From NCBI GenBank assembly GCA_963750165.1, contig CAVVPN010000012.1, forward strand, positions 992,001 through 1,056,000: a DNA stretch of 64,000 nt. Direction: 5' to 3'. The notes beneath the pieces are model-generated. The model was not told the origin of the DNA. It did not search any database and worked only from the letters and a program-made list of their open reading frames with translations. Of the stretch, positions 41,485 through 51,662 are shown piece by piece; positions within the stretch are counted from its first letter, which is position 1; every line of letters begins with the position of its first letter. Position numbers and translations under genes: made by a program. This stretch comes from an uncultured Gemmataceae bacterium (GTDB lineage: Bacteria > Planctomycetota > Planctomycetia > Gemmatales > Gemmataceae).

Positions 41485-42347
41485 GGAGGTGGACGCCGGT
41501 GCCGGAACTCCAGGTGAGCGTCACACTGCCGTACGATCTTCGCCTCCACGAGGGGGATTATCCTACGGCTCCTGCCGGAGAAATCCTGCAAATCCGCCGA
41601 TCGTCTGGGGAGCAGGGCCCGGCTCGGCGAACGGTCGTGCGTACCAACTTCACCCATCCAGAAACCACCGATCAGGAAGAAATTTTTCGACTTCAAACCA
41701 GAGACGCCGACCAGTTGCTTCGTCGCATCAATCGCCTGTTGCGCTGGTATCGGGCGGTCAGTCACAAGACGAAAATACTTGAGTTGACTCGCGCTCAAGC
41801 CAGCCCGTTTCAGTTCCAGTTGGTCGGGGCCGGAGCGGAACCCGCGTGGGGTGAGCCTCTGAAATACAAAGCGCCAATCCCCAGGGCGTTGCGACTGGAC
41901 GTCGCCACCTTGACTGGCAGGGTGCGCGCCAGCCTCGCCAGCGGCAACGAACCGGAGGCCGCCGACCTGTTTCTCATCGACGCCGAGCGGGCACTTTACG
42001 AAGGCCGCTTCCGCGAGGTGGTCCTGTTCTGCTGGAGCACCATCGACGCGGTGTTCAACCGCAAATACGACGCCCTGGTCAACGCAGCGCTTGCGGAGGA
42101 ATGGGCCGACGCCCGCGCATTCTTCACGGGAGTCGATTTCGGCTTGCGGAACAAGATGAGCGCGGTGATGCACCTGATCGCCAACCGCTCCTTGTTCCGA
42201 GAGCCGGGCGGGCTCTGGAAAGAGCTGTCCGAGAGTTACCAGAAGCGCAACGCCATCATCCACCGCGGGGTCAACGCCACGGAGGACGAAGCACGGCTCG
42301 CGCTCCGGGTTGCGCGCCGTGTTACCGAAGTCATGAACTCGCTGTAA
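41481..42347 (+). CDS. Hypothetical protein with C-terminal HEPN-like domain
   Basis: Helical C-terminus with KRNAIIH (R-x4-H) and a preceding FREVVLFCWSTID helix. Confidence 0.6.
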   Translation: MRRWTPVPELQVSVTLPYDLRLHEGDYPTAPAGEILQIRRSSGEQGPARRTVVRTNFTHPETTDQEEIFRLQTRDADQLLRRINRLLRWYRAVSHKTKILELTRAQASPFQFQLVGAGAEPAWGEPLKYKAPIPRALRLDVATLTGRVRASLASGNEPEAADLFLIDAERALYEGRFREVVLFCWSTIDAVFNRKYDALVNAALAEEWADARAFFTGVDFGLRNKMSAVMHLIANRSLFREPGGLWKELSESYQKRNAIIHRGVNATEDEARLALRVARRVTEVMNSL

Positions 42348-42399
42348 CGCACGATCCGTGCAAGCGATTGCCATCTGATAGCGACGAAGCGGTGAATCC

Positions 42400-42887
42400 A
42401 TGCACCTCGGCATTCTCTCCGACACCCACGACCAACTGGACCGCACCCGACGCGCCGTCGAACTGCTGCGGGCCGAAGGGGCCGAGGCGTTGGCCCACTG
42501 CGGCGACCTGACGCGACCGGAGATGGTCGCCATGTGCGCGGTGCTGCCGTGCTATTTCACCTTCGGCAACCACGACGCCGACCACATCCCGAGTTGCAAC
42601 GGGCGATGGCCGAGGCGGGCGCCGTCTGCCTGGGCTGGGGCGGCGCGGTGACCCTGGCCGGCAAGAGCGTCGCGCTGGTCCACGGCCACATGAGAACCGA
42701 CGTGCGCCGCCTGCTGGCCGACCGACCCGATTACCTGCTGTCCGGCCACTTCCACCTGACCTTCGACCGTCGCGACGGCCCGACGCGGCGTATCAACCCA
42801 GGGGCACTGCATGACGCCGACGAGTACACCGTGGCGCTGCTCGATCTGGAGATGGACGCGCTGCGGTTCCTGACCGTTCCGGATTGA
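42400..42887 (+). CDS. YfcE-like metallophosphoesterase, frameshift near 42590
   Basis: SDTH, HCGD, GNHD, VHG, GHFH and INPGA. Confidence 0.88.
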
Positions 42888-43010
42888 GGCAAGATCGATG
42901 ACCCGGACAAGGTGATTCTATCCCCCTGGCCCGATTTCGCTTGTACCTTGGTAGGGGAATGGTTTGAATGAGACAGGTCAACCCTGCACCACAGCACCGA
43001 GGTCGTGCCC

Positions 43011-44210
43011 ATGATCCGTTTTGCCTGTCCTCGCTGCCGCACCTCGTTCGAGGCAGTCGATCAACGAGCCGGCAGCAAGGTGAATTGCCCAAAATGTCAG
43101 CAGCGGATGCAAATCCCGTTACCGCCCCGCGACCGCACCATTCTTGCCCCGTTGATGGAGGGGCCGACCGCGCCTCCGATGACGCCACCCCCAGTGGCGC
43201 TCCCCGCGCCCATCCTGGCAACCGCCGCACCCGCATCGACACCGCAACAGCCCTTTCGTGCCACCTCACCAACTCCAGACCTGGCCAGTCTCTGCCCGCG
43301 CTGCCGGCAACCCGTCCAGGTTCCTCCCGAATGGGTCGGCCGTGTGGTTCGGTGCCCCGCATGCCGGAATAACTTTTTGTTCTCTCCGGGACGGTCATCC
43401 GCGCAAGTGGGGGCTCGTCCGATCCTTCAGCCTCAGAACGCGCCCGGAGTTGGATTGGACCAGGCAGGTCAGCGGCCCTTTCCCAAAACGCTCATCCAGT
43501 GCCTTTCCTGGGTTTGGCGGATTAGTTCCCCCTCCACCCTGGCACTGGTCCTGTTACTGCTCTTCCTTCCCTTTGTGGAAGTGCAGTGTACCGCCCCCGG
43601 CGGCACCTACGGCGGCAGGACGCTTATTACTCAGTCCGGATACCAGGCTGCTTACGGCGGTTACTCTGTTGACCCTTTGATCGAGAGCGCGGGGCGACAA
43701 GCCCAACATCAAATGGAGTGGCAAATCCATCCCGACGACATCCCCCGGTTGCGTGCCCAGCAAGAGCAAAACAAGATGCAAGTAAGCCCGGCTCCCTTGA
43801 TGATCCTGTTCCCCTTGCTGGTCGGCAGCGCCATCGTGGCCGGATTTTGCCTCCCTTTAGGCAACGCCCGGCTCACGATCATGGGTAGTTGTGTGATTGC
43901 GGCCCTGATGGCTTTTGTGGCACAGGTGGCAACCGGCTTTCCTCTGGAAAAGGCAGTAGCTGACTCCGTAACCCGCACCAGCAGCAACCCGGGCGTCAAC
44001 TTCGGAGCCACGACGGTGGCAGCCCTGCTATTCAAAACCTCCTGCACTCCCTGGGCGTGGATATGTCTGACGCTCCTCATCTGCTCGGGGGCTATTCTGG
44101 TGGCTGAAACTATCTTCACGGTTGGATTTCGACAGCGATTGGAACGGCGCTCGGCCGAAGACGAAGACCCGAGAGGGGAAATGTTCTCGGCGGCAATGCG
44201 GGGCGGTTGA
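43011..44210 (+). CDS. Double zinc-ribbon multi-pass membrane protein
   Basis: CPRC..CPKC and CPRC..CPAC, Pro-rich linker, about four TM segments; lower GC than the flanks. Confidence 0.7.
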   Translation: MIRFACPRCRTSFEAVDQRAGSKVNCPKCQQRMQIPLPPRDRTILAPLMEGPTAPPMTPPPVALPAPILATAAPASTPQQPFRATSPTPDLASLCPRCRQPVQVPPEWVGRVVRCPACRNNFLFSPGRSSAQVGARPILQPQNAPGVGLDQAGQRPFPKTLIQCLSWVWRISSPSTLALVLLLLFLPFVEVQCTAPGGTYGGRTLITQSGYQAAYGGYSVDPLIESAGRQAQHQMEWQIHPDDIPRLRAQQEQNKMQVSPAPLMILFPLLVGSAIVAGFCLPLGNARLTIMGSCVIAALMAFVAQVATGFPLEKAVADSVTRTSSNPGVNFGATTVAALLFKTSCTPWAWICLTLLICSGAILVAETIFTVGFRQRLERRSAEDEDPRGEMFSAAMRGG

Positions 44211-44257
44211 ACCGCGGCCGAGCGCCGGCGACGAAGGCCGAAGCCGGCGGGCCGGTC

Positions 44258-45121
44258 CTACCGCCCCTTCCGCCAATCCTCCAGAAAGAACCTGGCATCC
44301 TTCAAGACTTGTTGGGCTTCTGCGGCGGCAGCAGTCCCTGGAAAATCGGCGATGATGGCTTCCAAACGGAGGATGGCAAATTCGATCAGTTTCTCCCCGG
44401 ACTTGTTTCCCAAATTTCGTCGGCCGTCTGCAAGCTGGGCTTTGGCCAGGCCGAGTTTCCTGGCGCCGTTCGTTTCATTGAGTTCGGCCTGAGCCTTTTC
44501 CTTTGCCGCTTGTTGCTTGGCCAATTCCTCGGGAGAGGGCGGAGGCTGTTTCTCTGGCGCGGGCTCGTCCGTTTGTTTCGCTTCTTCGCCCTGAGGGGCG
44601 ATGGCTTTTTTCCCTTCTTTCTCTTCCTTTGGCTGCGGTTCAAGGGCGGTGGAGTTGGGGATTTTTGTCCCCGCATTCGGCTTGATGCCGCCAGAGACGG
44701 CCACCCACCAGGCAAAGGCAACCACACCGAGAATTGCAAGGAGGCCTGCCACTACGGCTCTTCGTGCTTGTGCTGCGGCTTCTCGGGTTCGCTTATCGTT
44801 GCACTCCGGGCACAGGTCAACTTTTTCATAAATGGACTCGGTGGCACCATAGCTCCTGCGGTCGGCCCAGTTGTTACCCCAGGATGACCCGCTAACGCAT
44901 CTGCTGCCAGTCTGTACGATGCGCCGCACCGATCCCGTTTCGGGCACGCGTTTCCCGCAGTCGTAGCAGCGAATCGTATGGACAGGGACACCCGGAGCCA
45001 CGTGGAACCGCTGGGAAGGCGCAATGATTTCCTGATGGCACCGCGGACAGGAAACGATTTCACCAGGGATAGAGTGCTGCAGCGGAGCCGTGCAACGTGG
45101 ACAGGGGAACTCAACGCCCAT
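44258..45121 (-). CDS. Zinc-ribbon single-pass membrane protein
   Basis: CPRC..CPRC, CYDC..CPEC, one TM helix, and C-terminal IIADFPGTAAAAEA. Confidence 0.7.
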   Translation of the reverse strand: MGVEFPCPRCTAPLQHSIPGEIVSCPRCHQEIIAPSQRFHVAPGVPVHTIRCYDCGKRVPETGSVRRIVQTGSRCVSGSSWGNNWADRRSYGATESIYEKVDLCPECNDKRTREAAAQARRAVVAGLLAILGVVAFAWWVAVSGGIKPNAGTKIPNSTALEPQPKEEKEGKKAIAPQGEEAKQTDEPAPEKQPPPSPEELAKQQAAKEKAQAELNETNGARKLGLAKAQLADGRRNLGNKSGEKLIEFAILRLEAIIADFPGTAAAAEAQQVLKDARFFLEDWRKGR

Positions 45122-45232
45122 GGGCCAATCCTCCCTTTGCTCCATTGGACGGATCGGCACACAGCGAGTCAATCGAAAATCGGAAAACGGCGCAGGTCCG
45201 TTCGCCGCGTTCGTGAAGAATTCTCCTCCCAG

Positions 45233-46062
45233 TCAAGCGCCGAGCGCGTCCCGCAGCGACTTCAGCTGCCCCGCCAAATCGGCGACCTGGCCAGCCAGGT
45301 CCGACGCCCCAGGCGCCGACAACCGCTCCGCCAGCTGCGTCAGCTGCTGCCGCAACTCCGCGACCTGTCCGCTCAGCTTGCCGACCTCCGCCAGCGCCTC
45401 GGCCAACCGCGTCTCCAGCGCGGCAACGCGATCCTCGCGCGGCGCCTGGGCGCCGCCGCGGGCCGGCTGACCGGCGCACCCTCGTCCACATCCTGACCCG
45501 GGGCGCCGCCGGCGTGCTGGCCGCGCAGCCGCTCCAGTTCCTTCGGCGGGTGGAAGCCGTGCGTCAACATGGTGCCGCGGCGGCCCTCCGGCGACAAGTA
45601 CACGACCAGGTTGCGCTGCGCCAGCGGCTTGAGCCGGGTCCGCAGCGTGTCGAGGTCGTTGATCGGCTCCATGCGGCTGGCGCGGGCGCGCAACTCGCCC
45701 TCAGTCTGCGGACCCCGCAGCAGCAGCTCGCCGAGAATGGCGATTTCCACCTTGTCGATCTGCCATTTCTCATAAACCAGATGCCGCCAGCGTTCGACGC
45801 GGCCGCCGGTGATGCGCATGACCAGTCCGCCCTGCTGGAGCGCTGCCAGGGCCTCCTCCACGTCCAGGTCGTTGAGGGTCAACAGCGGTTCACGGTTGGT
45901 CTTCTGGTTGCTGCCGGTCACCAGGGCGTTGACGCTGAGCGGATACGCTTCCGGCGTGGTCTTGGCCTTCTCGATCAGCACGCCGAGCACGCGGCGCTCA
46001 TTAACGGTCAGCGGCGGCCAGGGGCCACTCGCCGGGGCGGCCGCGGGGGTGGGAGCGGACAT
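45233..46062 (-). CDS. DUF480 (YceH-like) protein, frameshift near 45440
   Basis: ERRVLGVLIEKAKTTPEAYPLSVNAL, NQKTNREP and LLLRGPQT.GELR; the coiled-coil tail continues in another frame to a stop near 45233. Confidence 0.88.
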
Positions 46063-46071
46063 GATCGGTCC

Positions 46072-46854
46072 TCACGCGATGGTCTTCGCCAGCTGCCGCA
46101 CCAGGGCGGCCCCGTCGCGCACGGCGCGAAGCGGGTCGGCCAGGGTCGGGTTCAGCTCCAGGGTCACTGCTCCCTGATAATCGCCCAGTTCCAGCATCGT
46201 CAAGAGCGCTTCGAGCATCTCCTGCGTCAATCGGCCCGTCAGCAGCGGCCAGTGCAGATCGTCCACGCTGTCGTTGTCGTCCAGGTGGACGTGCCCCAGC
46301 CGTGCCCCCGCCAGCAGTGCCGCCTGGGCCGGCTCCTCTTCGCTAATCAGGCAGTGGCCCACGTCAAGCAGCAACAGCAGGTTGTCGTGGTTCACGCGCT
46401 CCAGCCAGGCCAGCGCCGCGGCGGACGACGGCAGGGCGCGGCCCGGGATCGGTTCGACGCACAGCGGCATCATCCGGCGGCCAGCGTGGTCCGCGAGCAG
46501 ACACACCGCGTCGCGGTAGCGGGCCAGCCCCTGCGGACTGCCGTCGCGGCCGGCGACAACGTAGCACTGTCGCGCCCCGAGCAACGCCGCGTCCTCGACC
46601 TGCTGCTGCATCGCCTCCAGGGTGTCGCGGCGCGTCACCAGTCCCGGGGCGTCGAGCGCCCAGTCGGGCGGCAGCCCCTTGCCGATGGCGGCGCTCCAGA
46701 CGAGCAGACCGCTGTCGGCCAGAGCGTCGAGCTGGTCCGCGGGCCGGGCGGCCTCGGCGACCACGTCCACGTGACGGAAGCCGAGTTGCCGCGCGTGCTG
46801 CAGGGCGGTCGTGAAGGGCACCGGCAGCGAGGAGAGCAGGACAGACAGGTGCAT
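46072..46854 (-). CDS. Sugar phosphate isomerase/epimerase (AP endonuclease 2 TIM barrel)
   Basis: CVEP, LDVGH, HVHLDDN, DLHW and TLE motifs. Confidence 0.85.
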   Translation of the reverse strand: MHLSVLLSSLPVPFTTALQHARQLGFRHVDVVAEAARPADQLDALADSGLLVWSAAIGKGLPPDWALDAPGLVTRRDTLEAMQQQVEDAALLGARQCYVVAGRDGSPQGLARYRDAVCLLADHAGRRMMPLCVEPIPGRALPSSAAALAWLERVNHDNLLLLLDVGHCLISEEEPAQAALLAGARLGHVHLDDNDSVDDLHWPLLTGRLTQEMLEALLTMLELGDYQGAVTLELNPTLADPLRAVRDGAALVRQLAKTIA

Positions 46855-46859
46855 GGGAA

Positions 46860-47549
46860 TCACTCGTGAGCGCCGGGCGACGGCAAGGCGAGGGTGTGCG
46901 GCAGATCGACCTCCGAGCCGGCGCGGCGCAGGGCGGCCAGGTGTCCCTGCAGCGCCCACCAGTCGGCCAGCGTATCGACATCATACCACGGCGGCAACAG
47001 CGCCAGCCGGCCGGACACGCCCTCCAGCCGCGCGACCGTCTCGGCCAGGACGCGCGGCCCGCCCCAGCTGATCCCGTCGAAGATGGGCGGTACGCGGCGG
47101 GCGCAGCCGAGCAGGTAATAGCCGCCGTCGGTTGCGGGACCGAGCACCACGTCGGCACCGCCCTCCAGCGCGCGAAACGCCTGCTCAACGAAGGCGACGG
47201 GCAGCGTCGGGCTGTCGGCACCGACCAGCACGACCGCGGCGGCGCCGTCGGCGTAAAGGTCGCGCACCAGCGCTGCCATGCGCTGTCCCAGGTCGCCGTC
47301 GGCCTGCGGCGTCAGCGCGAAGGCGGGGGCGGCCGCGGCGAAGAAGGCGCGGGCCTCGGTGTCGTCCGGGGCGTGGGCGAGGACGCGGCGGGCGTCCACG
47401 GCGGCGAGGCGGCGGCTGAGGTCGCGCAGGAAGGCGTCGGCGACGGCGGCGGCCCAGGCGGGCGTGGTGTCGGCGGCGAGGCGCGTCTTGACGGCCCCGG
47501 GCCGGGGCCATTTCGCCAACAGGGCCAGGGCTCGCGGCGGGTGGCTCAT
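46860..47549 (-). CDS. TIGR04282/DUF2064-family putative glycosyl/nucleotidyl-transferase
   Basis: AKWPRPGAVKTRL, QADGDLGQRM, GADSP, VLGPATDGGYYLLG and DVDT..D. Confidence 0.9.
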   Translation of the reverse strand: MSHPPRALALLAKWPRPGAVKTRLAADTTPAWAAAVADAFLRDLSRRLAAVDARRVLAHAPDDTEARAFFAAAAPAFALTPQADGDLGQRMAALVRDLYADGAAAVVLVGADSPTLPVAFVEQAFRALEGGADVVLGPATDGGYYLLGCARRVPPIFDGISWGGPRVLAETVARLEGVSGRLALLPPWYDVDTLADWWALQGHLAALRRAGSEVDLPHTLALPSPGAHE

Positions 47550-47632
47550 GGCGTCATTGTAGCGGCGAACGTGGACATCGCCGCCGGGAGCGGTTACACT
47601 CCCCCTCGTCTGACCAACAGCATGAGGGTAGC

Positions 47633-48595
47633 ATGACCGTTGAACAGCACCTGAATATGTTCGCCGGGCTCAAGGTCGTCAATTACGCGCCGGGCGGCGG
47701 TTTCCTCGAAGGCCAACCTGGCGCAGTCGCCTACCACTTGGGGGGCCTGGAGTATGGCAGGGCCAAACACCCGTTACTGGAAGTTCTGGGCGCCTATCTG
47801 AGTGAGCCGGGCGCCGCGGCCACCACAGCGCTGGTCATCGGTGCCTGGGACTACGACGACATGAACGACTGGGGCGCCGGCAACCGCGACGTGGTGCAGG
47901 CACTCGTGGCCGCCCGCGACCGGTTGCCACAGTTGCGGGCGCTGTTCCTGGGCGACATCATCCGCGAGGAGTGCGAAATCTCCTGGATTCAACAGGGTGA
48001 TGTCAGCCCACTGTTGGCGGCCTATCCCGACCTGGAAGAGTTCCGTATCCGAGGCGTTGGCGTCCTGTCCTTCGGTCAACTGCGGCACGGCCGGCTGCGC
48101 TCCCTGGCTGTCGAGAGCGGCGGACTGCCCGCGAACATCCTGGAGGAAATCTGGGCGGCCGAGCTGCCGCAGCTGGAGCACCTGGAGTTGTGGCTGGGCG
48201 CGGCCGGGTACGGCGGCATTGACAACGTCGCCCCGCTGGAGCCGTTGCTATCCGGTCGCCTCTTTCCCGACCTGCGCTATCTCGGGCTGTGCAACAGCGC
48301 CATCGCCGACGAGGTCGCCAAAGCTGTGGTCGCTTCCCCGTTGCTGGAGCGCATGCGCGTGCTCGACCTGTCGCTGGGCAACCTCACCGACGAGGGCGCC
48401 CGCGCCCTGCTCGCCAGTCCCGCCGTCCACCGCCTGGAAATGCTGGACATCCATCACCATTACGTCTCGATGGAAGTGGTCCTGGAGCTGAACCGGCTGG
48501 GCATCGGGCTGGACGCCACCGACCTGAAGGAGCCGGATACTTACACTCACAACGATGTCACCCACACTGAACGCTACAACGCCCACTCGGAGTGA
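47633..48595 (+). CDS. STM4015-family leucine-rich-repeat protein, paralog 1
   Basis: ALVIGAW, LRALFLGDI..EECEISWI, ESGGLP, LEHLELWLG...YGG and LDIHHHY. Confidence 0.88.
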   Translation: MTVEQHLNMFAGLKVVNYAPGGGFLEGQPGAVAYHLGGLEYGRAKHPLLEVLGAYLSEPGAAATTALVIGAWDYDDMNDWGAGNRDVVQALVAARDRLPQLRALFLGDIIREECEISWIQQGDVSPLLAAYPDLEEFRIRGVGVLSFGQLRHGRLRSLAVESGGLPANILEEIWAAELPQLEHLELWLGAAGYGGIDNVAPLEPLLSGRLFPDLRYLGLCNSAIADEVAKAVVASPLLERMRVLDLSLGNLTDEGARALLASPAVHRLEMLDIHHHYVSMEVVLELNRLGIGLDATDLKEPDTYTHNDVTHTERYNAHSE

Positions 48596-48613
48596 AGCGC
48601 CGGGGCCGACTGC

Positions 48614-49423
48614 ATGATCGACACCAACGCCGTGATCGGCACCCATGACGTGCTGCTGCTGACGCTGGACACGCTCCGCTACGACGTGGCCCAGGACTGT
48701 CTGCGCCACGGCCGCACACCGCACCTGGCCGCGCTGCTGCCGGGCGGCGCCTGGGAGGAGCGACACTCACCGGGCAACTTCACCTTCGCCGCCCACGCCG
48801 CGTTCTTCGCCGGCTTCCTGCCGACACCCGCCCGCCCCGGCCGTCACCCGCGCCTGTTCGCCGTCCGTTTCGATGGTAGCGAAACCACCACCGCCCACAC
48901 CTGCGTCTTCGACGCGCCCGACATCGTGACGGGCCTGGCTGGGCGCGGCTACCATACGGTCTGTGTCGGCGGTGTCGGCTTCTTCAACCTGCGTGGGCCG
49001 CTTGGCTCGGTGCTGCCGGGACTGTTCGCCGAGCGCGTCTGGCGGCCGGAGTTTGGCGTCACCGACCCGGACTCCACCGCCCATCAGGTCGCCTGGATTT
49101 GCGGTCGATTGCGTGAGCTGCCCGCCGAGCGTCGCCTGTTCCTGTTCCTGAACGTCTCCGCCCTGCATCAACCGAATGCGTGCTACCTGCCCGGCGCCAT
49201 CGCGGACTCGCCCGCCACACAGGCCGCGGCCCTGGCCTACGTGGACCGCGCGCTGCCGCCGCTGTTCGACGCGCTGCGCCGCCGCAGTCCGCTGCTGACG
49301 GTGGTCTGCTCCGACCACGGCACCGCCTATGGCGAGGGCGGCTACCACGGCCACCGCCTGGCCCACTCCGTTGTCTGGACCGTTCCCTACGCCGAGTTCC
49401 TTCTGTCCCAGGTGCCGTCATGA
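48614..49423 (+). CDS. STM4013-family alkaline-phosphatase/sulfatase-like hydrolase
   Basis: TLDTLRYDVA, RHSPGNFTFAAH, CSDHGTAYGE and GHR. Confidence 0.88.
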   Translation: MIDTNAVIGTHDVLLLTLDTLRYDVAQDCLRHGRTPHLAALLPGGAWEERHSPGNFTFAAHAAFFAGFLPTPARPGRHPRLFAVRFDGSETTTAHTCVFDAPDIVTGLAGRGYHTVCVGGVGFFNLRGPLGSVLPGLFAERVWRPEFGVTDPDSTAHQVAWICGRLRELPAERRLFLFLNVSALHQPNACYLPGAIADSPATQAAALAYVDRALPPLFDALRRRSPLLTVVCSDHGTAYGEGGYHGHRLAHSVVWTVPYAEFLLSQVPS

Positions 49424-50739
49424 CCGCGACCGCCGCGCACCCGCTGACCACTGGCTCCCCCTACCAGGGCTATGTCTACGGCTACCCCCACAAGACCGCT
49501 TACCGCCCGCTGTCTGAGCCGGTGCCGCTGCGCGACCTGTGGGCCGCCGAGTCGCGCTCCGCCCTGCTGCTGTACCTGCATGTGCCGTTCTGCGAAATGC
49601 GCTGCGGCTTCTGCAACCTGTTCACCCAGGCCCGGCCGCGGGAACGGGTGGTGTCCGACTACCTCGACGCGCTGGCGCGGCAGGTGGGACAGGTCCGGGA
49701 CGCCCTGGGCGAAACCTCATTTGCCCGGCTGGCTGTCGGCGGCGGTACGCCCACCGCCCTGGACCTCAGCGGCCTGAAACGACTGTTCGACCTGGCCGAG
49801 TCACTGCTCGGCGGCCCCGTGACCATGCCCGCCTCGGTCGAGACTTCTCCCGAGACGGTGGCGCCCGAGAAACTGTCGCTGCTGCGCGACCGTGGTGTCC
49901 GCCGGGTCAGCATCGGCGTGCAGAGCTTTGTCGAAACCGAGACATCCGTGGTCGGTCGGCCGCAGCGTCCCGACACGGTCAGGGCCGCCCTGGACCGCAT
50001 TCGCACTGTTGGTTTCCCGGTCCTGAACATCGACCTCATCTACGGCCTGCCGGGACAGACGGTGACAACGTGGCTGGACTCGGTGCGCGCCGCCCTGAAG
50101 TATCGGCCGGAGGAACTGTATCTGTACCCGCTCTACGTCCGGCCCGGGACGGGGCTGGGCAGTTCGCGGCGCACCTGGGACGACCTGCGTTTGGCGTGCT
50201 ACCGTGCCGGGACGGAATTGTTGCGCGGCGCCGGTTATCGCCAGGTGTCGATGCGGATGTTCCAGGCAGCGCACGCCCCACACGACGGCCCAGCCTACTG
50301 CTGTCAGGGCGACGGCATGGTCGGTCTGGGCTGCGGCGCCCGCTCGTACACCACCGGCCTGCACTACGCCGACGAGTACGCCGTCCGTCCCGAAGGTGTC
50401 CGGGCCATCCTCGGCGACTATGTCTCCCGGTCGGCGGCGGCGTTCACGGTTGCGACGCACGGCTTCCGCCTGGACACTGACGAGCAGCGCCGCCGCTTTG
50501 TGCTGCTATCCCTGCTCCAGTGCGACGGCCTCGACCTGGACGCCTACCGGCGACGGTTCGGCGGAGACGCCCTGTCCGACCTGCCAGCACTCGGAGATCT
50601 GGAGACACTCGGACTGGCCCAACACCAGGGGACTCGGCTGCGACTCACGAACGCGGGCCTGGAACGCTCGGACGCCATTGGTCCCTGGCTGTACTCGGAC
50701 ACGGTGCGAACGCGGATGGAGGAATACGTGTGGCGCTGA
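49420..50739 (+). CDS. STM4012-family radical SAM protein (HemN-like)
   Basis: Y.YPHKTAYR, LYLHVPFCEMRCGFCNLF (CxxxCxxC), GGGTPT, RVSIGVQSF and DLIYGLPGQ; ATGA overlap with the previous gene. Confidence 0.9.
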   Translation: MTATAAHPLTTGSPYQGYVYGYPHKTAYRPLSEPVPLRDLWAAESRSALLLYLHVPFCEMRCGFCNLFTQARPRERVVSDYLDALARQVGQVRDALGETSFARLAVGGGTPTALDLSGLKRLFDLAESLLGGPVTMPASVETSPETVAPEKLSLLRDRGVRRVSIGVQSFVETETSVVGRPQRPDTVRAALDRIRTVGFPVLNIDLIYGLPGQTVTTWLDSVRAALKYRPEELYLYPLYVRPGTGLGSSRRTWDDLRLACYRAGTELLRGAGYRQVSMRMFQAAHAPHDGPAYCCQGDGMVGLGCGARSYTTGLHYADEYAVRPEGVRAILGDYVSRSAAAFTVATHGFRLDTDEQRRRFVLLSLLQCDGLDLDAYRRRFGGDALSDLPALGDLETLGLAQHQGTRLRLTNAGLERSDAIGPWLYSDTVRTRMEEYVWR

Positions 50740-51623
50740 ACCTGTCGATCCTGTACCGCGGGCCGCTGTCGAGCTGCAACTACGACTGCGGCTACTGTCC
50801 CTTCGCCAAGCGTCGGGAGACGGCCACGGAGTTGTCCCGGGACCGCGCCGCCCTCGTGCGGTTCGTGGACTGGGTCGCGGCGCGCCCGGCAGACGACCGG
50901 CTCGGCATTCTCTTTACACCGTGGGGCGAGGCCCTGACGCGGCACTGGTATCGGGACGCCCTGACACGGCTGAGCCATTTGCCACAGGTGGTGCGCGTGG
51001 TGGCACAGACGAACCTGGCGTGCGGCCTGGGCTGGGTGGCGGCGTGCGACCGGGAGCGGCTGGCGCTGTGGGCCACGTACCATCCCGGACAGGTGGCACG
51101 GCCGCGATTCCTGGCGAAGTGCCTGCGGTTGCATGGCCTGGGAGTGCGCTTCAGTGTCGGCGTCGTCGGCCTGCGCGAGCACTTCGCCGACATCGACGCG
51201 CTGCGTCGCGAGCTGCCCGGGGGCGTGTACCTGTGGGTCAACGCTTACAAGGACCGTCCCGACTACTATGCCGTCGGCGAGGCCGAGTGGCTGGCCGACA
51301 TCGATCCGCTGTTCCCGGTCAACAATGTCCGCCACCCGAGTCGGGGTCGGCCGTGTCGGGCGGGACACTCGGCCGTCTCGGTGGACGGCGACGGCACCGT
51401 GCGCCGCTGTCACTTCATCCGGGAACCACTGGGCAACCTCTACGAGCCGGAGTTCGAGCGGGTGTTGACCGAGCGACTGTGTACGAACGCGACGTGTGGC
51501 TGTCACATCGGCTATGTCCACCTGGACGCTTTGGGACTGTACTCGGTGTTCGGCGCCGGTGTGCTGGAGCGCATCCCGGCGCGGCCGCTGTGGCGCTCGC
51601 CCCTGCCGGTGACGGCGGGGTGA
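50730..51623 (+). CDS. STM4011-family radical SAM protein with Cys-rich C-terminus
   Basis: ILYRGPLSSCNYDCGYCPFAK, FTPWGEAL, and C-terminal CRAG...CHF...CTNATCGCHIGY; GTG start after ggagg. Confidence 0.88.
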   Translation: MALNLSILYRGPLSSCNYDCGYCPFAKRRETATELSRDRAALVRFVDWVAARPADDRLGILFTPWGEALTRHWYRDALTRLSHLPQVVRVVAQTNLACGLGWVAACDRERLALWATYHPGQVARPRFLAKCLRLHGLGVRFSVGVVGLREHFADIDALRRELPGGVYLWVNAYKDRPDYYAVGEAEWLADIDPLFPVNNVRHPSRGRPCRAGHSAVSVDGDGTVRRCHFIREPLGNLYEPEFERVLTERLCTNATCGCHIGYVHLDALGLYSVFGAGVLERIPARPLWRSPLPVTAG

Positions 51624-51662
51624 TGCCCGGGGACGAATCCGCAACCATTCGGAGGAGGACAC

